From assembly GCF_964355755.1 (NCBI RefSeq), contig NC_092679.1, forward strand, positions 20,195,432 to 20,259,431: a DNA stretch of 64,000 nt. The letters are read 5' to 3'. The first letter of the stretch is position 1; each line of letters opens with the position of its first letter. This DNA comes from Antedon mediterranea. Taxonomy: Eukaryota > Animalia > Echinodermata. This document shows positions 1-14,100 of the stretch, piece by piece. The notes under the pieces were generated by a model, which made no database searches, was not told the origin of the DNA, and saw only the letters and a list, made by a program, of their open reading frames with translations. The translations under genes were made by a program, and so were the position numbers.

Positions 1-1048
1 TTAAATGTTTTCAAAAGTAACTTTAAGGCATTACTGTAGTTTAAGTTTTATTGTGTTACTGTTATTTTTATATTTTAGTTTAAACTGTACTATTGTACCC
101 ACGGCCCTAAAAGGGAGACCAGTCTTTTTGACTGATTGGGCCACCCTGGTTAAATATTGTTATAAATAAATAAATAAATAAATAAAAAAACCTAATTTAT
201 TTATTTTTAAATAATTAAGTATAAATGTTTAAATATATATTTAAATCTTTACTCATCGTGTTCATTGTATCATGACAATAATTAAAAAATAACAAACAAA
301 CTTATTTATTTTATTTATTTTTTAATAATTTTATATAAATGTTTATTTAATATATTTAAAAATCTTTACTTGTGTGTTCATTGTATCATGACAATTACAC
401 ACCAATCAACTACAGTATCTTAAGTAGAAATAATAGAGGGCTCACTTTATTTCTAGTTACTGTACCTAAAAACAACGAATCATATCACTTGTCATTTTAA
501 TAAAGGGATCTTAAACAAATTGGTTTTTGATTATTTACACGTGTTAAAGTGATTGCCGAATGAAAACACACAATAATAAGGTCAAGACGTACAAAGTTAG
601 AAAGAATCGGATGTTATGGGATTAAGAAATAAAAACATTTTGATTTAATCCATTTAATTTGATACATCCATTGTTGTTTTATATTTTATACATTGTTGAT
701 TTTATAGTGTAAATTATATTGTGCAAGGTGAGTCCTCTTTTTCAGACGTTTCGGTGCAGGTGCTATTCAAATTATTTTTATAATTTTCATACTTCCAATA
801 TTGTATTTGTGATGTTTGAATAATGTATTTGTATGGTTTTTTATGAATGAATGTAATTAATGTAAAGTGTATTTTCATTAAATTACAATAAATAAATAAA
901 ACTGGATTTAAATTAAGAAATAAATGATTTAAGAAATACTGGCGGAAGTTCATAAATGAATGAAATATACAAAATATGTGCAATTTATACTTTAATATTT
1001 AATAATAATAATAATAATAATCATCATACAAATAAACAGTAATATGAT

Positions 1049-1648
1049 AAACTAAAGGGTACTCCGAGAGTACAAACCTCCGCCTACTGTAAAATTCCTC
1101 TATATAAAATGCCCCCTGAATATTTTTTTTTAACATTTTTTTTTATTAGTTCTAAGTGTAAATATGTTAACTGCACACTACAAAGTTGTGGATGACAGTG
1201 TGGTGTAATGGTTATGTATCCAGCCTCTCACAGTTGAGGTCGCTGGTTCAAGCCCCACTGAGGGTTTTTTTTTTTTAATTATTTTTTTATTTTTTATTTT
1301 TTTTTTTTGGTGGACCTTGATCTTTGACCCTGACCCTTCAAAATGTAACCACAATTATATGATGTGTCATTGATCATTGTGGCTAAGTTTGGTGAGAATC
1401 GGATCAAAACTGTGGTCTCTAGACAGTAAAATAGTTTTTTGTTAGTTGTGACCTTGACCTATGACCTTTCCCCCTCAAATTCGAACACGTCCGAGCTTTT
1501 TGGGCATAGATCATTGTGTCCAAATTTGGTTAGAATCGGATAAAAACTGTGGCCTCCAGGCTGTTCACAGACACACACACAAACACACACACACAAACAC
1601 ACACACAAACATACAGGGGTGAAAACATAACCTCCTTGGCGGAGGTAA
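1049..1648 (-). mobile_element. Helentron-associated non-autonomous element (HINE/DINE-1-like)
   Basis: Minus-strand 5' end TTACCTCCGCCAAGGAGGTT followed by a (GT)n microsatellite; 3' subTIR GGCGGAGGTTT, hairpin GTACTC-TCG-GAGTAC and a T-rich end; internal TGACCTTGAC motifs. Confidence 0.75.
1192..1265 (+). pseudogene. tRNA-derived sequence (pseudo-tRNA or SINE head) inside the HINE
   Basis: A-box TGGTGTAATGG, B-box GGTTCAAGCC, followed by poly-T; the acceptor stem is poor. Confidence 0.55.
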
Positions 1649-1970
1649 TTATGATATTAATCATATACTCCATTAATAATATACACTATTAGTATAATGT
1701 ATGTTCCATAATAATTTAACTTTTTAACCTAATGTTTCCTAATATATAATTAACTTTATATAATTAATAGCTATTAAGATAAAAACAAATAACTAATGAT
1801 AAATTAATGTGTAATCTAATATACTATTACTATTGATATGTACCATAATGTATCCCATAGTTTTATTGGTTACTACCGAATAAATTCTAAACCACCCGGT
1901 GATATATAATGAAATTTAATTAATTAATTTTAAACAATAAAGATGAGGAAATCTGTGAGAATGAGAAAAA

Positions 1971-2047
1971 TTCGCCCCAATCGAGATTCGAACCCGGAAC
2001 CTTCTGCTTGATATGAAGATGCCCTAACCATTAGACCACTGGTATTG
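1971..2047 (-). pseudogene. tRNA-derived SINE head
   Basis: Minus strand TGGTCTAATGGTTAGG..GGTTCGAATC boxes; the cloverleaf is imperfect. Confidence 0.55.
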
Positions 2048-2393
2048 TTCAAATTCAATTTGATAGTGACTCTTTAATTTAACTTTATATATATACTGTA
2101 TTAATTACAATTGATTAATTATCACAGTATAACGTTATATTATTTTAATCAAGGTCACTCAATATTGTTAAAACAAAAGAAAATTAATAAGGTAGGAAAT
2201 TACCTTTAAATAATAATATCCTCTTTTTTTGATAAAGTATAAAATTTAAAAGTAGACTACTCTGTGGTCATAGACTTTGTACTAATTGATCAGAAATCCA
2301 CAAGCAGATATAAAACTTAAAAACAGACACTCTTAATGCAAGGAATACAAGAGCTAAGTGCTATAAATATTAGTGATTGCCAGCTGTGCTAAA

Positions 2394-3003
2394 TATATCT
2401 GATTTAAAATCAGTATAACAATAAGTAATTGTAGTAATTAAAACAATACAAAAACATTTTTATGAATTATTAAAATAGTAGAAAATATGTCTCCATGATT
2501 AAAATTAAATTGTCTTCATGAAAAAATGTATCTCATTCATAAAACAGTTTGTATATCTGATTTAATAAGGAAGGAATAAGGAATTGTAGTAATTATAACA
2601 TTAACAATATAAAAATATTTTTATGAATTATCAAAATCATGGAGAATATTATGTCTCCATGATAAAATTAAATTGTCTTCATGAAAAAATGTATCTCATT
2701 CATAAAACAGTTTGTATATCTGATTTAATAAGGAAGGAATAAGGAATTGTAGTAATTATAACATTAACAATATAAAAATATTTTTATGAATTATCAAAAT
2801 CATGGAGAATATGTCTCCATGATAAAATTAAATTGTCTTCATGAAAAAATGTATCTCCGATTTAAAATCAATATAACAATAAGTAATTGTAGTAATTATC
2901 AATACAAAAACATTTTTATGAATTATCAAAATTGTAGAGAATATGTCTCCATGATTAAATTAAATTGTCTGAAAAAATGTACTCCTTTATGATACAGTTT
3001 GTA
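2394..3003. repeat. AT-rich tandem repeat of about 140-165 bp, ~4 copies
   Basis: Recurring atgtctccatgat.aaattaaattgtcttcatgaaaaaatgtatctc and aattgtagtaatta blocks. Confidence 0.9.
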
Positions 3004-3052
3004 GTATAAATGTTCATTTATAAATAATAACTTATGTAAAAAATATAAAGCT

Positions 3053-3198
3053 AAAGCTCAGTCTACACTATCAAACTTTATGTGACAAAAAAAATGTGAT
3101 GTGCCCATATATGGACATTATGATGTCATATCACTACCATATTTAGGTAAATCACACCTTTTTTGTCAAACTAGTTTTGATAGCATAGACAGAGCTTA
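3053..3198. mobile_element. MITE family 1 (TIR AGCTCTGTCTACACTATCAAACT), PIF/Harbinger-like; other copies at about 6690-7038 (interrupted), 32780-32915 and 35562-35702
   Basis: Shared TIR and internal tgtgatgtgccc/atatggtagtgatatg motifs in four places, with TAA/TTA-like flanks. Confidence 0.75.
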
Positions 3199-3511
3199 AG
3201 AAATAGAATAATACCAAAAATAAAAATTTCCAAATTGAAAATATTAAAAATATCAAATAAAAAAAAAATTCATTAAAACAAAGTATATATTATGAATTTA
3301 TATTACAAAATATAAAAACAGAATGTACTTTTACATCCATCAGCAAAATAGTGTCAGAAAAAAAATAGCCATTCATTTAGGCAGGTCATACTAATCTACG
3401 CCTGTTATAGTAAAGCCCAGTATTCCTGGGTAGGGTTTTATGATAAAAAATGATAGCACAATATAATATATCCAACATGATAAGACCTAAAAAATCATAA
3501 ACACTGCAACA

Positions 3512-3738
3512 TATGGAAGGCAATCACCGCCAAAAATATAATTACAAACATACAACGTACTTGAAGAAAAGGACAACAAAAAGACGTTCACAAAAACGTA
3601 TGTGTTCGCAGAAACAGACAAACACAAAAACGTAGTCGCGAAAATGAATGCGTTGTACGTTTCTGTGAGTACGTTGTATATTTCCACGAATATATTGTAT
3701 GTTTGTAATTGTATTTTTGGCGGTGATTGCCTTCCATA
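3512..3738. mobile_element. MITE with ~44-bp TIRs starting TATGG and a 6-bp TSD (IS3EU-like)
   Basis: TATGGAAGGCAATCACCGCCAAAAATA.AATTACAAACATACAA is inverted at both ends; gcaaca is duplicated at 3506-3511 and 3739-3744. Confidence 0.85.
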
Positions 3739-4005
3739 GCAACACCATATATTGAAGAACATGTACTACATATTTATAGTAATAACATACTATACTGGGC
3801 CAAAAATAAAAAATAGAGGGCACTATAGAAATTTCACTACTCAATTTATTAATTAATTACCAAAAAATATAAAAAAAAATTAAATAAAAGTTGACTCTAG
3901 CAACAACATGTTTAGGCCTAATGTTAATTTAATCTTTCTTACACAAATACATGTGTTTGTTGCTACAGTATGTGACTATAGACTCTTTGTTTGAAATTCA
4001 CTTAC

Positions 4006-4102
4006 TTGGACCTAAACTCCACATCACTAACATTTTTTGTATTATTCAGCCACAGTATGCCATGTTTTTGGAATGCATTTGATTTTTTCCAGTCACTCAC
4101 AT
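4006..4102 (-). CDS. Candidate internal exon of an unidentified gene transcribed divergently from DLST
   Basis: ttcag|..|gtaagt splice sites around an open frame, DVSDWKKSNAFQKHGILWLNNTKNVSDVEFRS; no family recognised. Confidence 0.3.
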
Positions 4103-5158
4103 CTGAATATTAAAAGCATAATTATTACCATTTGAGAAAATAATATTAAAAGTATTTTTTTACAAATTTTGTTTTCTCCATTTAATGCCTAAATACAATT
4201 ATTTATTTATTCATTTAATCAATTAAAATGTTTCATAAGGAAAATATTAAAAAAATGTAAGATTATATATACAACAGGGTCACCTCTTAATCATAATTAC
4301 AGTATAACTTATGCCTATAACTAATTAATATTGTAATGTACAATTTCTTTGTTTGTAAACTTATTTTTCATTTTGTGTGTTTATATGGGGAAAATGTGTA
4401 CAGTACTCTGATCTGTACATGCAGCATGCTTATTATATATCTTTTACAAAAATATTCATGCAAACATTTCAGAATTTAATATGCAAAATACCAATTAGCC
4501 TAAATAAAGAAATTACTGTGCACATAAACATAAAATTATGTATTGAATTAAATTCACAAACAATTATAAAATGAAAAACCATGTGTATGTGTATGTGTAT
4601 GTGTATGTGCTAGCCTAACCCATTACCATCATGGCATTTGTATGTTATTGTCAGCCTTCTTCTTCGGTTCGCTAGTCAAGTCTGCCTACTAAACTAGGCC
4701 TAACAAAATACACATGGGGCTTAGATTTTACCAGCCATAAAACACTACATAGTTAAAAAAGATGTACTCCTCACATTGTTCATTATCTATTCATACTTCT
4801 TTCTCTTTAGTTGTGATTTTTGTGAATGTTTTGGGTTTAAATGTGATTTTAACGGGCCTTCGGATGTCATGTCATCCATATTTCGCGGAATTTTTACTAC
4901 GAACAAAACATGACCTATGACATTATAAGTAACACTTTATATAAGGTATCAGTTGAACATTATTACAAAGTATTATAATTTTCAAATGTTATGTTATATA
5001 TTTTATTTCTATATATGTTATTAAATATTAAATGTTTTATAAAAAGAAATTTAAATAATAAGTTGTATATAATTAAATTTGAAATCATAACAAATAATAT
5101 GTGAAAGAGGACAAATAAGTTTTAACCCTTGACCTTTTTTCTCACGGGCGATCGAAAA

Positions 5159-8100
5159 ATGTATTTCTCCCTGAGGAAAGCCGGGTCAATTCCAACTAAA
5201 TTATTTACTTATTGTAATCAAGTAACATACTGTAGGGTATGTAATGATATACATATAGTTATAGAATCAAAGTAATGAAAAATTATTGCTTGTTATGAAC
5301 CATAGGGCTGTGTTTGCAAATAAAATGTTAGGCCTATTTATAGCCAGATAGAAACGCCGGTCGCGGGGATAAAGGCACTTTCTGTGCCTGTTTGCATTCT
5401 ACTAATATAGGTTCTAGGCCTAGCTTGGATAGGTCCTACCAGTATGTAATCACACGATTATAATACCCCAACATAAATGATATCTAGACCTAGTGTAATA
5501 ATATATTATTCTTCGTAATAATTAATACATAGGGCCTACACTGTCTACAGTACAGACAGGTCACGACACAGGTGATATTATTTATTAATTATAATAAATA
5601 TAGGCTTATTAGCTCTAGGCTAGTATTTCTACTACATACAATAATACTTAATAGAGAACTTAGGAGTTTAGCTGGCTAAAATGTGCACATTTAATTAAAT
5701 ATTTTTTTATAATATATTAACTTTTAAGTAGTTTTATTTGTTTTCCATTTCCAGGTACTCCGTCCCCTATCTTCTGTGTGTAAAAGTGAGTACATTTTAT
5801 TAATTAAAAGTAACATTAAAATGCCCTACTAAACTAGGCCTACTCTACTAATGTATTTCAACAATAATATTATTTGTAAGTCTAAACTTGTACCAGCTTT
5901 TTATTTCATGTTCCGTCTTTAAATAATACATTTTATTTATTTTATTCAGTTCACAACCAATTTTACTGTACAATATCAACCAAAACAGAAAGTATAACAT
6001 TGATAGAAATAATTTAATTATGCTTTTGAGATTTTGTACATGTGTTTTTACCAGAATATTAAACAATTGAATTGTACTCTTCTAGTAGTACTGTAGTTGA
6101 TTGGATTTTATTTGTTGATATTGACAACAACATATGTACAATATGCATTCAAATTTAATTTTGAAGGTTATTGTAAGATCATCCGGTGTCCTTAAAAGCA
6201 GTTAATGTTTGGAATTATCATTTCAATTTTGGTAGTACTGACTCAGGTATAAGCCTACCCTGGGGTATAATACAAATTATGGTGAAAATTGGTGTAAAAG
6301 TTTTGAATAAGCCTACATACTAACACTCTCTGACTATGGAATACTATACTCTCTAACTGTGGAGTACTGTACTCTCTGACTATGGAGTACTGTACTATGG
6401 AATTTGCATAATTATCCACTGTGACTTGGGAATAAACATTTCACCTCTAACTCGGAAATAAGCCCCTCTACAGAAAGCATCCACTTTGACTTGGAATAAG
6501 CCCATCTGACTTTGGGGAAAATGAGCATGGAAACACACCAAATTTGTATACAGTCTACCAAAACTGAAATGATAAACAAAAATATTTAACATTTTCAAAA
6601 ATGATAAATAATGATCATTATTGAATAAGAATTAATTGATTTAAATTAAAATGTGAAAAGTAATTCTTTCATTTACCTTAGATCCACAACCATGTCTCTA
6701 ACTGCCGAGTTTTAATGTACAAAAAAAAGTGTGATGTGCCCAAATACAGTAGTGTATGCCCAACTCTAAAATGTATATAGGAAATGTTTTTTTTTATTTT
6801 GTATCTATTATGTTGTGTTTATTGTTTTGTTTTTTATGTAAAAGGGTCCGGCGAAAACAGAAGTGTAAACTTCTCTATGCAGGATCCTTGCCATCATTTA
6901 TGCTATGAAACTGTAGTTATAAACGATGAGTAAATAATTGTGAATTGAATTGAATATGACATCATCATATGATGTCGATATATTGGCACATCACATTTTT
7001 TTTGTCACATAAAGTTTGATGGTGTTGACATAGCTTTAGCCAATCATTGTTTCATTAATTTTAGTTTTAAAAAACAACAGAAGTTTATGCTTTGGGAATT
7101 TTAAATATTAAAAGTTTTTTTTTATCATCTAATTAAATCAGCCTGAGCATATCATAATGCACAATATTATTTGTCAAGCCTGTTCTGTATTTTGAGGATT
7201 TGGTTTTCATCTGACATTTTAGTCCTAACAGAATTTTAGCCACGAGGGATTGTGTAATTCTAACTTCATAACAGCAATAATTGACTTATTATATCTGTGT
7301 ACTATTTATATTGTTGACTGAGATTTTAGAATATTTTTCCATTAGGCAGTGTAAGTGGGAAGATTATTATTTTTACAAAATGGGACAAATAATTACAAAC
7401 AATTAAGTTAAATTGTATTAATCTTTGTTTTTGACATTTGGACATTTGATTTGAAAAAAAAAAAAAAAAAATGTTTTATTAATAATGATCATGATAATAA
7501 TAAAACTTTTTTTTTGGTCAAAATACAGCAAATATAAAAAGTTCATCGGACACTGAATTTAGGTATGTTTTTTTTTTATATTGTAATGTAAATTATGTAT
7601 TTTACATGTATATTTAAAACATAATTAAAGTTTATATACATCAGATGAAAAGTATAAATATACATCATGTACTTAAATGTACAGTATTTTCTCAATATTC
7701 AGGTTGCATTGTGGGAAGAAATATGTCAATAACCATGTGACCACTCAAAGATGGTTCCATTTTGGACGTCCCCTATGTGAGTAATTGTGACCTTGTTTTA
7801 TCATGGTGACATGTTTTTAGACATTATTGTGTGATGCTTATAAGTTATAATAATGATGTTCTTAGTCATTTTTAAGAGTGACACTTGTCACAGTAAGTGA
7901 TTTAAATATAGTTTATGTGTTTATCTCCATTGAAGGAGGTTATGTTGTAACCCCTATTTGTTTGTCTGTCTGTCCATCTATGTTGAAGATAAATTTCTTG
8001 TCAAAATGTTCATAACTTTTCTGGACACTCTCATTGTGCAGTAGCGTAACGTAGAGACCTGGGGCCTCTGGTTTAGGAACCCTAATTGGCCATCCAACGC

Positions 8101-11100
8101 TGGAGTCATCGGGTGTTTTTAGCCTCTTTTGTCACCTTTTAATGCTTGTTTTTTACTCTGGCCATGCCACTGCTCAGTGGCCCCAATAACTCCAGCACTT
8201 AAGTTTATCCAGTGAGCGTTCTCCGTAACGCCACTGGTGCACTGTGTAGTTGTTACGGTGTATGGATATTCTGTAATAGCCAGTCCTCTCTTATAAGCCC
8301 ACTTAACAGACTTGGTGGGCTTATAAACCTGTAGAACGCAAGTCGGTATGCATCTATGCAATTTACTATAACAATTAATTTTCTTATAATATAAATGAGT
8401 TTTGATGTAATTATGATAATTAAGTGAATACCATATTTATTTTAATAAACTCCATCCTAAAAAAAATGCCTGCCACATTCATAACACACAATTACTGTAT
8501 TTATGACACTTTATATCAAGTACACAGTAGTAGAATTTATTGACTGCGGATGATCTACAATTTACAAAGGATTTTTGATACAATTTGTATTGTATTGGTT
8601 TTATTGGTGGCTCTGCTCTGTAGCGACTATTGAATATTTTATGATTGGCCTTTAGCGTTTGTGCAATTTGATATATTTTTCTTGTAGTTATTGTCTTTTT
8701 TATTGTCTTAATATATGCCAAGAAAATTAATTTCCATTTTACAGTAAATGGACCAATACAATTTCTTGAATCTTGAATATTTGTGTTGTAATTTTTCATA
8801 TCAAAGGAGCATTTATTTGAGAATAATATATACTATCCATTTAAACAAAAATATGCCCTTAACTGATACTGATACAAACCAGGTTTTAAAATGTACTTAT
8901 ATAAAAGTTTATTTTTTAAAGAATGATATCAGGAGTCACTTAATACACTTTTATTGCAATTAATCTATTTGGCCTTATTTTTAACCGTCCATTAGTGATA
9001 TAGAAATTGAAAATCAAAGTACAAGCTAAACAGTACCAGTATATATTTCAAATGCATGAGCTTAAAACCTAGTAGTTCTATAGAGTATTCTGATATTCCG
9101 ACTTAATCCAAGCTTTTTTCGGGGTATTTACGCGCTCGAAAAGTAGTGTGCGACGGAGAAGTTGAACCATACAGCAGAGCGTATTGACAGATAGAGCTTT
9201 GTTTTTCAGCAGATTTATGATCTAAATTTCTCAAGATAGTTAATGTATCGCATCTACGGATGACACAGAGATTTAGGCAACGAATTCTCGTAGGAATAAA
9301 GCTTCATGCCGTATTAATAATTTAATGGAATGTTTTAAGTGACTACTTAGTAATAAGATACGCGCAATCCATTTGCGTGACGCGACAGGGTTGTCTTTAC
9401 GGATTTCTGCAATCACGGTTTCTGTCAAACGCTATCGAGTAATTATTATCGTGAATGTAGGTGTTTGTCGCTTTACTAAATTTTTTCTGTTGATGCCCAT
9501 ATCAAAGAAACACTTTTTAGTTGAATATGCTATTTTAATGTCACATAATAATAATATTCACTTTGACCAAACATTACATCAGGGCAAAAATATTGACCTG
9601 AAAAAACTGTAATTTAAAGCAAAAAATAGTTTATTTGGTCTTATCTAAATGAAAACATATTTTTTTTCCCATTTTTTTTTTCTATTCTATTTTTTTATTT
9701 AAAACTACAAAATGGTTCAAGTTAATTAACCCTATAATAGGGGTGTCCACTGTATAGGAGTTGGTCGTAATGTTGAAACACATATTTCCACTCGTCTGTT
9801 TCATGGAAAGGTTAATAGAGGTGGCTCCTTAATAGAGGTATCCACTTAATAATAGAGTTGTCCCCTGAATATTGATGTCCCAAATGAAGGAGTTTTATAC
9901 TATAATACAGCTGTACAGTTTATAAAAATGTAACTAATATGCAATCTATGTAATAATAACACTTTAATGATAGTATATTTTCTAAACTATTATTATAAAT
10001 AATTTTGTAATATTTATTATTTAAATATTAATTCATAATAGTATTATTTTATATATTTAGAATAATAATATTTGAATATAATTGATTAGATAATATTATT
10101 GTACTAATAATAATAATAATTATAGGTGATCCTTTCTAGTAACTGTTTTTTAAAGTATCTCTTTAAATTTAATCTGAGAGAGTGTGAAGTATTTTCTCGT
10201 ATCCATTGATTTATTCACTTACAAAAATTTAATTCATTGTGATTTATTTAAAGCTAATTTTATTGCTTGTTATTCAAGCGCCTAATTGATCTTAATAGAT
10301 TATTTACACGACGAATACGCTCTTGAATTACAATCTACGAAACTTATCTCAGCGTGATTGAAATCAACGACGAGATGTGATTAGTTTCCCTCTGTGAAGT
10401 AGACATGTTGTTATGACTTCATCTTCGTTAAAACGCCACCGTTTAAGTGAATGTTCAATAGAGAAAACATCTTTGCTATCGAAAGTTAATTAATCGCATC
10501 GTTAACATTAAAACCGCTTTTGTTTCTGAAATCTTTTCTTAAGAAGTCACAATAAATCATCGCCGCGTGATGCCTCCGCTAATTGCCTTTAAAAGCAGTT
10601 TAGATTAATTAGCGTTCGTTGAGGGACAATCTTCGGTTAGTGTTAAGTGCTGTTTGAGATTATGTAGGATAGGTTTTACACTTGGGACACGTCAGTTCTA
10701 TACAGCTTCATTATTGGCAGATAAACATCATTGCTTGTTCATATAACATAATCCACTCAACTCCGCCACTTATAGCCAACACATCCTACCTTACATCAAG
10801 CTCTCCTATTGGTCGGTTTATACGGCTCACTTTGCAGTTCTCCGTGTACAGCATTGGACGACTAAATCTTATTTATGGTTGAGATTACACACGTTTGGAC
10901 AGACGAGCTATGCGGTCACACAGGGCGTCATCTTGGCCCTCTGGGTCTTGCGATAGTGCTGTGGAGACGTAATTATTAAGCTTTCTATTGACTCGTTGAG
11001 TATGTTTATAAGTTGTTGTTTAACTACTCAGCTGGATTAGTGTCTCTCATGTCTAGATTAGTTGAGCTGGCAAATAATCATATCTAATAACGATAATGAT

Positions 11101-14100
11101 TTCTTTTTTTTTCAATCAAAACAATACAATAAACATTTTATTTGTTCATGTCAAAGTCAAGTTGCCGTCAAGTGGGTTTACGAGTCTGAGTCTTACCTAC
11201 GTATGCAGGTCGCGTCAAATATTTTGACAAATCCATAGGTCTGTACTCAAAATGTCCAATATTTCTCTCTAAGAAAAAATTAGGTTGTGTAAAAATAGCA
11301 TTATTAATTTTTGTCATTTTTCTTCCCAAAATATTTCATAAATCATATGAAATTAACAACTGGCAATATATGTTTTAAAACTATGGCCAACCCATACAGG
11401 AACACCCCTATTATGGGACACTTTGTTGGGTCCCGAAAGTCTTTCCTTAATACAGTTGGTGGTTCAACTGTATTAATTTTTTTAGGTTAATGTTATTACA
11501 GAGCTCACTTTAAGTTTAATAGTTGTGATAATAGAAATTATTTTTTTTTTCAAATTACTAAAACTACTTGAATTATTGTATTATATTTTGATTCACATAT
11601 GTTACATTTCTCTCTTTAGATGATGAAGTACGCATAATTGAAACGCCCCCATTTGCTGAATCTGTATCGGAAGGTGACGTCAGGTGGGATAAAGGTATAA
11701 GCAATTTTTGTTTAGTTTTTGTTGAATTGCTATTGACTTGCTGCACTCATCAGCAACACTTGCGTTATTGCTTATTTATAGCATTTATTTTCATAACATA
11801 TCAGTTTCCTGGTGATGTGTTTAATGGTGTGTGATTGTTGTGAATTGCAAGCAAACTGAACTTGAGTAGACGCCTGTGTTATTCACAGATTGACTGCAAA
11901 ACATAGTAATAAGTGCCACCAAAACAGTAGAGGGGGCTATAGTGTTTTTTTAATGTGAAATTTTGTAATCAGGATTTGTATCTGCGTTTGGAACGATTTT
12001 TAACATTGTGCATGTTTTATTTTTTTTAGCTGTTGGTGATTTTGTAAAAGAAGATGAAACAGTTGGAGAAATTGAAACAGATAAGGTGAGAATTGATGTG
12101 CATCCAACCAATCTCGTAGCCAAAGGTTTTGGAGGGTGCTCTTTTAAACACTAGAGATCAGCAGAAGTGATAATAAATAGGCCTAACTACTGTAGCCTAG
12201 CTTTATGCTTATGACAGTACACTATTTGTCCCCTTTGTTGAAGAAAAATAATAAAAAATCCTGGTTACAGGCTTCCAAACAGAATCGGCAGAAGGTGATA
12301 ACTTTCCATATCTACTATATCATTCATTGGTTTGTATGTAATTTGTATTGTAGACTGCAATACCAATACCTGCCCCAGCTAGTGGCGTTATTGTGGAGTT
12401 TCTAGTTGAAGACGGTAGTACTGTAGTCGCAGGTCAACAATTATTTAAACTTAACCTTTCAGGTATGAAATTGAAATAAAATTATCATATTTGATGTATA
12501 TTTTGAATTCACTTAGATTCTTCTAGATTTATGTAAAAAAAAAGCATCCTCATATTAGTCCTCTGTAAGGTGTAGTCTAGCAGGAAACTGCCTGTCGTCG
12601 CTTGAGTCTCAAAATTGAAACAGAACGGAAAACTTTCTGTCACGTTCTGTTAAATTGCTGTCTCCTTCAAAACCTCACTATATCACCAATATCAGAACAT
12701 GCAGGTACAGAACAAATTATATTCTTAAATTTTAAATGAATTTAAAATTTGTTTTGAAGGTGATGCACCCCCTGCTCAGGATGCTCCAGCAGCTGCTCCT
12801 CCGACAGTGAAACCAACTGAAGTTGCAGCCCCTCCAACACCAACCCCTACAAGTACCGCAGGACCTATACCAACACAACCACCCCCAATACCACCAAAAC
12901 CAACTGCACCAATGACATCAAAGCCAGGTAAATTGAAGAAGTAAATTCTGAAAAACAAACAACATTTAAAATAAATTTTTGTTTTTTAAAATGTATTCGT
13001 ATAATTACCCAGAGCTGCATCACACAGCATAGTAAGATTGGTATACAGTATTGGGGTAGTTTAAATTCTTATTAAAAATTAAAATGATATATTATTTACT
13101 GAATTCTCTTATATATCATTTATTGTATAGTATCTGAAGTAAAACCGATTGCGGCTCAAAGTACTTCTAGTGGTGGAGCTGATGCTGGTGTACCATCAGA
13201 ACATAGAGTAAGTGTTGTGGATAATCAACTCTAAAATGTCAATCAATTAATCCTAAATACCAACAAATTAATATAAACTTTGAGGCTGCCTTGGCCACAT
13301 ATCCAAAATATATTTTCTATTCTTGTTAATAAGATAATCAAGCATTTAAAATTTTTTTTTGTATTAACAGGTAAAAATGAACAGAATGAGACAAAGAATT
13401 GCGCAACGACTGAAAGACGCACAAAACACCTGTGCTATGCTCACCACGTTTAATGAGGTTGACATGACGTGAGTTTCCAAAACTTTTCTCACACATAAAG
13501 GTCCCAAATTACAATAAAAAATTGGACATTGTGGGCAGATCAAATGTTGTCAGGTTTTGGAGACAAAATTACAGACAGATTGACTTTACTGTTGTCAATT
13601 CTTTTTTATTAATACCTAAGATAAACTTAAGTCATTGTAAACATGCATGTTTTGCATTCTTTCCATCGTTGCTGTGTGGTATAGTTTAACTTTTAACTTC
13701 AATAGACTATTTTTGGTGAAATATATTTATTAAAAATTTTTGTTGATCTAGAAATTTGATAGAATTACGTAAGACGCATAAAGATGAATTTTTAAAGAAG
13801 CATGGATTCAAGCTAGGCTTTATGTCTTCATTTGTGAAGGCCTCAGCCCATGCCTTGAATAGTGTACCTGTAGTGAATGCTGGTAAGTACAAATGATATC
13901 TAGATATTTAGTAAATATATACTACATGCAGGCAAGCGTCAGGACTGACAATTAATTTATATTATATTTTTATAAACTCTGCTCAAATTTTGCTGAATCT
14001 TTTTAATTCTTTTATTGCAACAAAGTAAACATTGTTGAATTTACAATATTAAAGTAACATCAAATTATTAAAAATACAAGTTCACATTACAACATATAAA

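Noticed and set aside
1192-2047. Two tRNA-like sequences as functional tRNA genes
   Set aside because: Acceptor and anticodon stems do not pair properly, and one lies inside a repeat; treated as SINE or pseudo-tRNA.
714-3844. Short ORFs at 714-983, 2786-2992 and 3487-3844
   Set aside because: Low-complexity AT-rich sequence or derived from a tandem repeat or MITE; no recognisable domains.
9090-11050. CpG-richer intronic blocks in DLST
   Set aside because: Probably old transposon fragments, but I found no termini or coding motifs to support a call.
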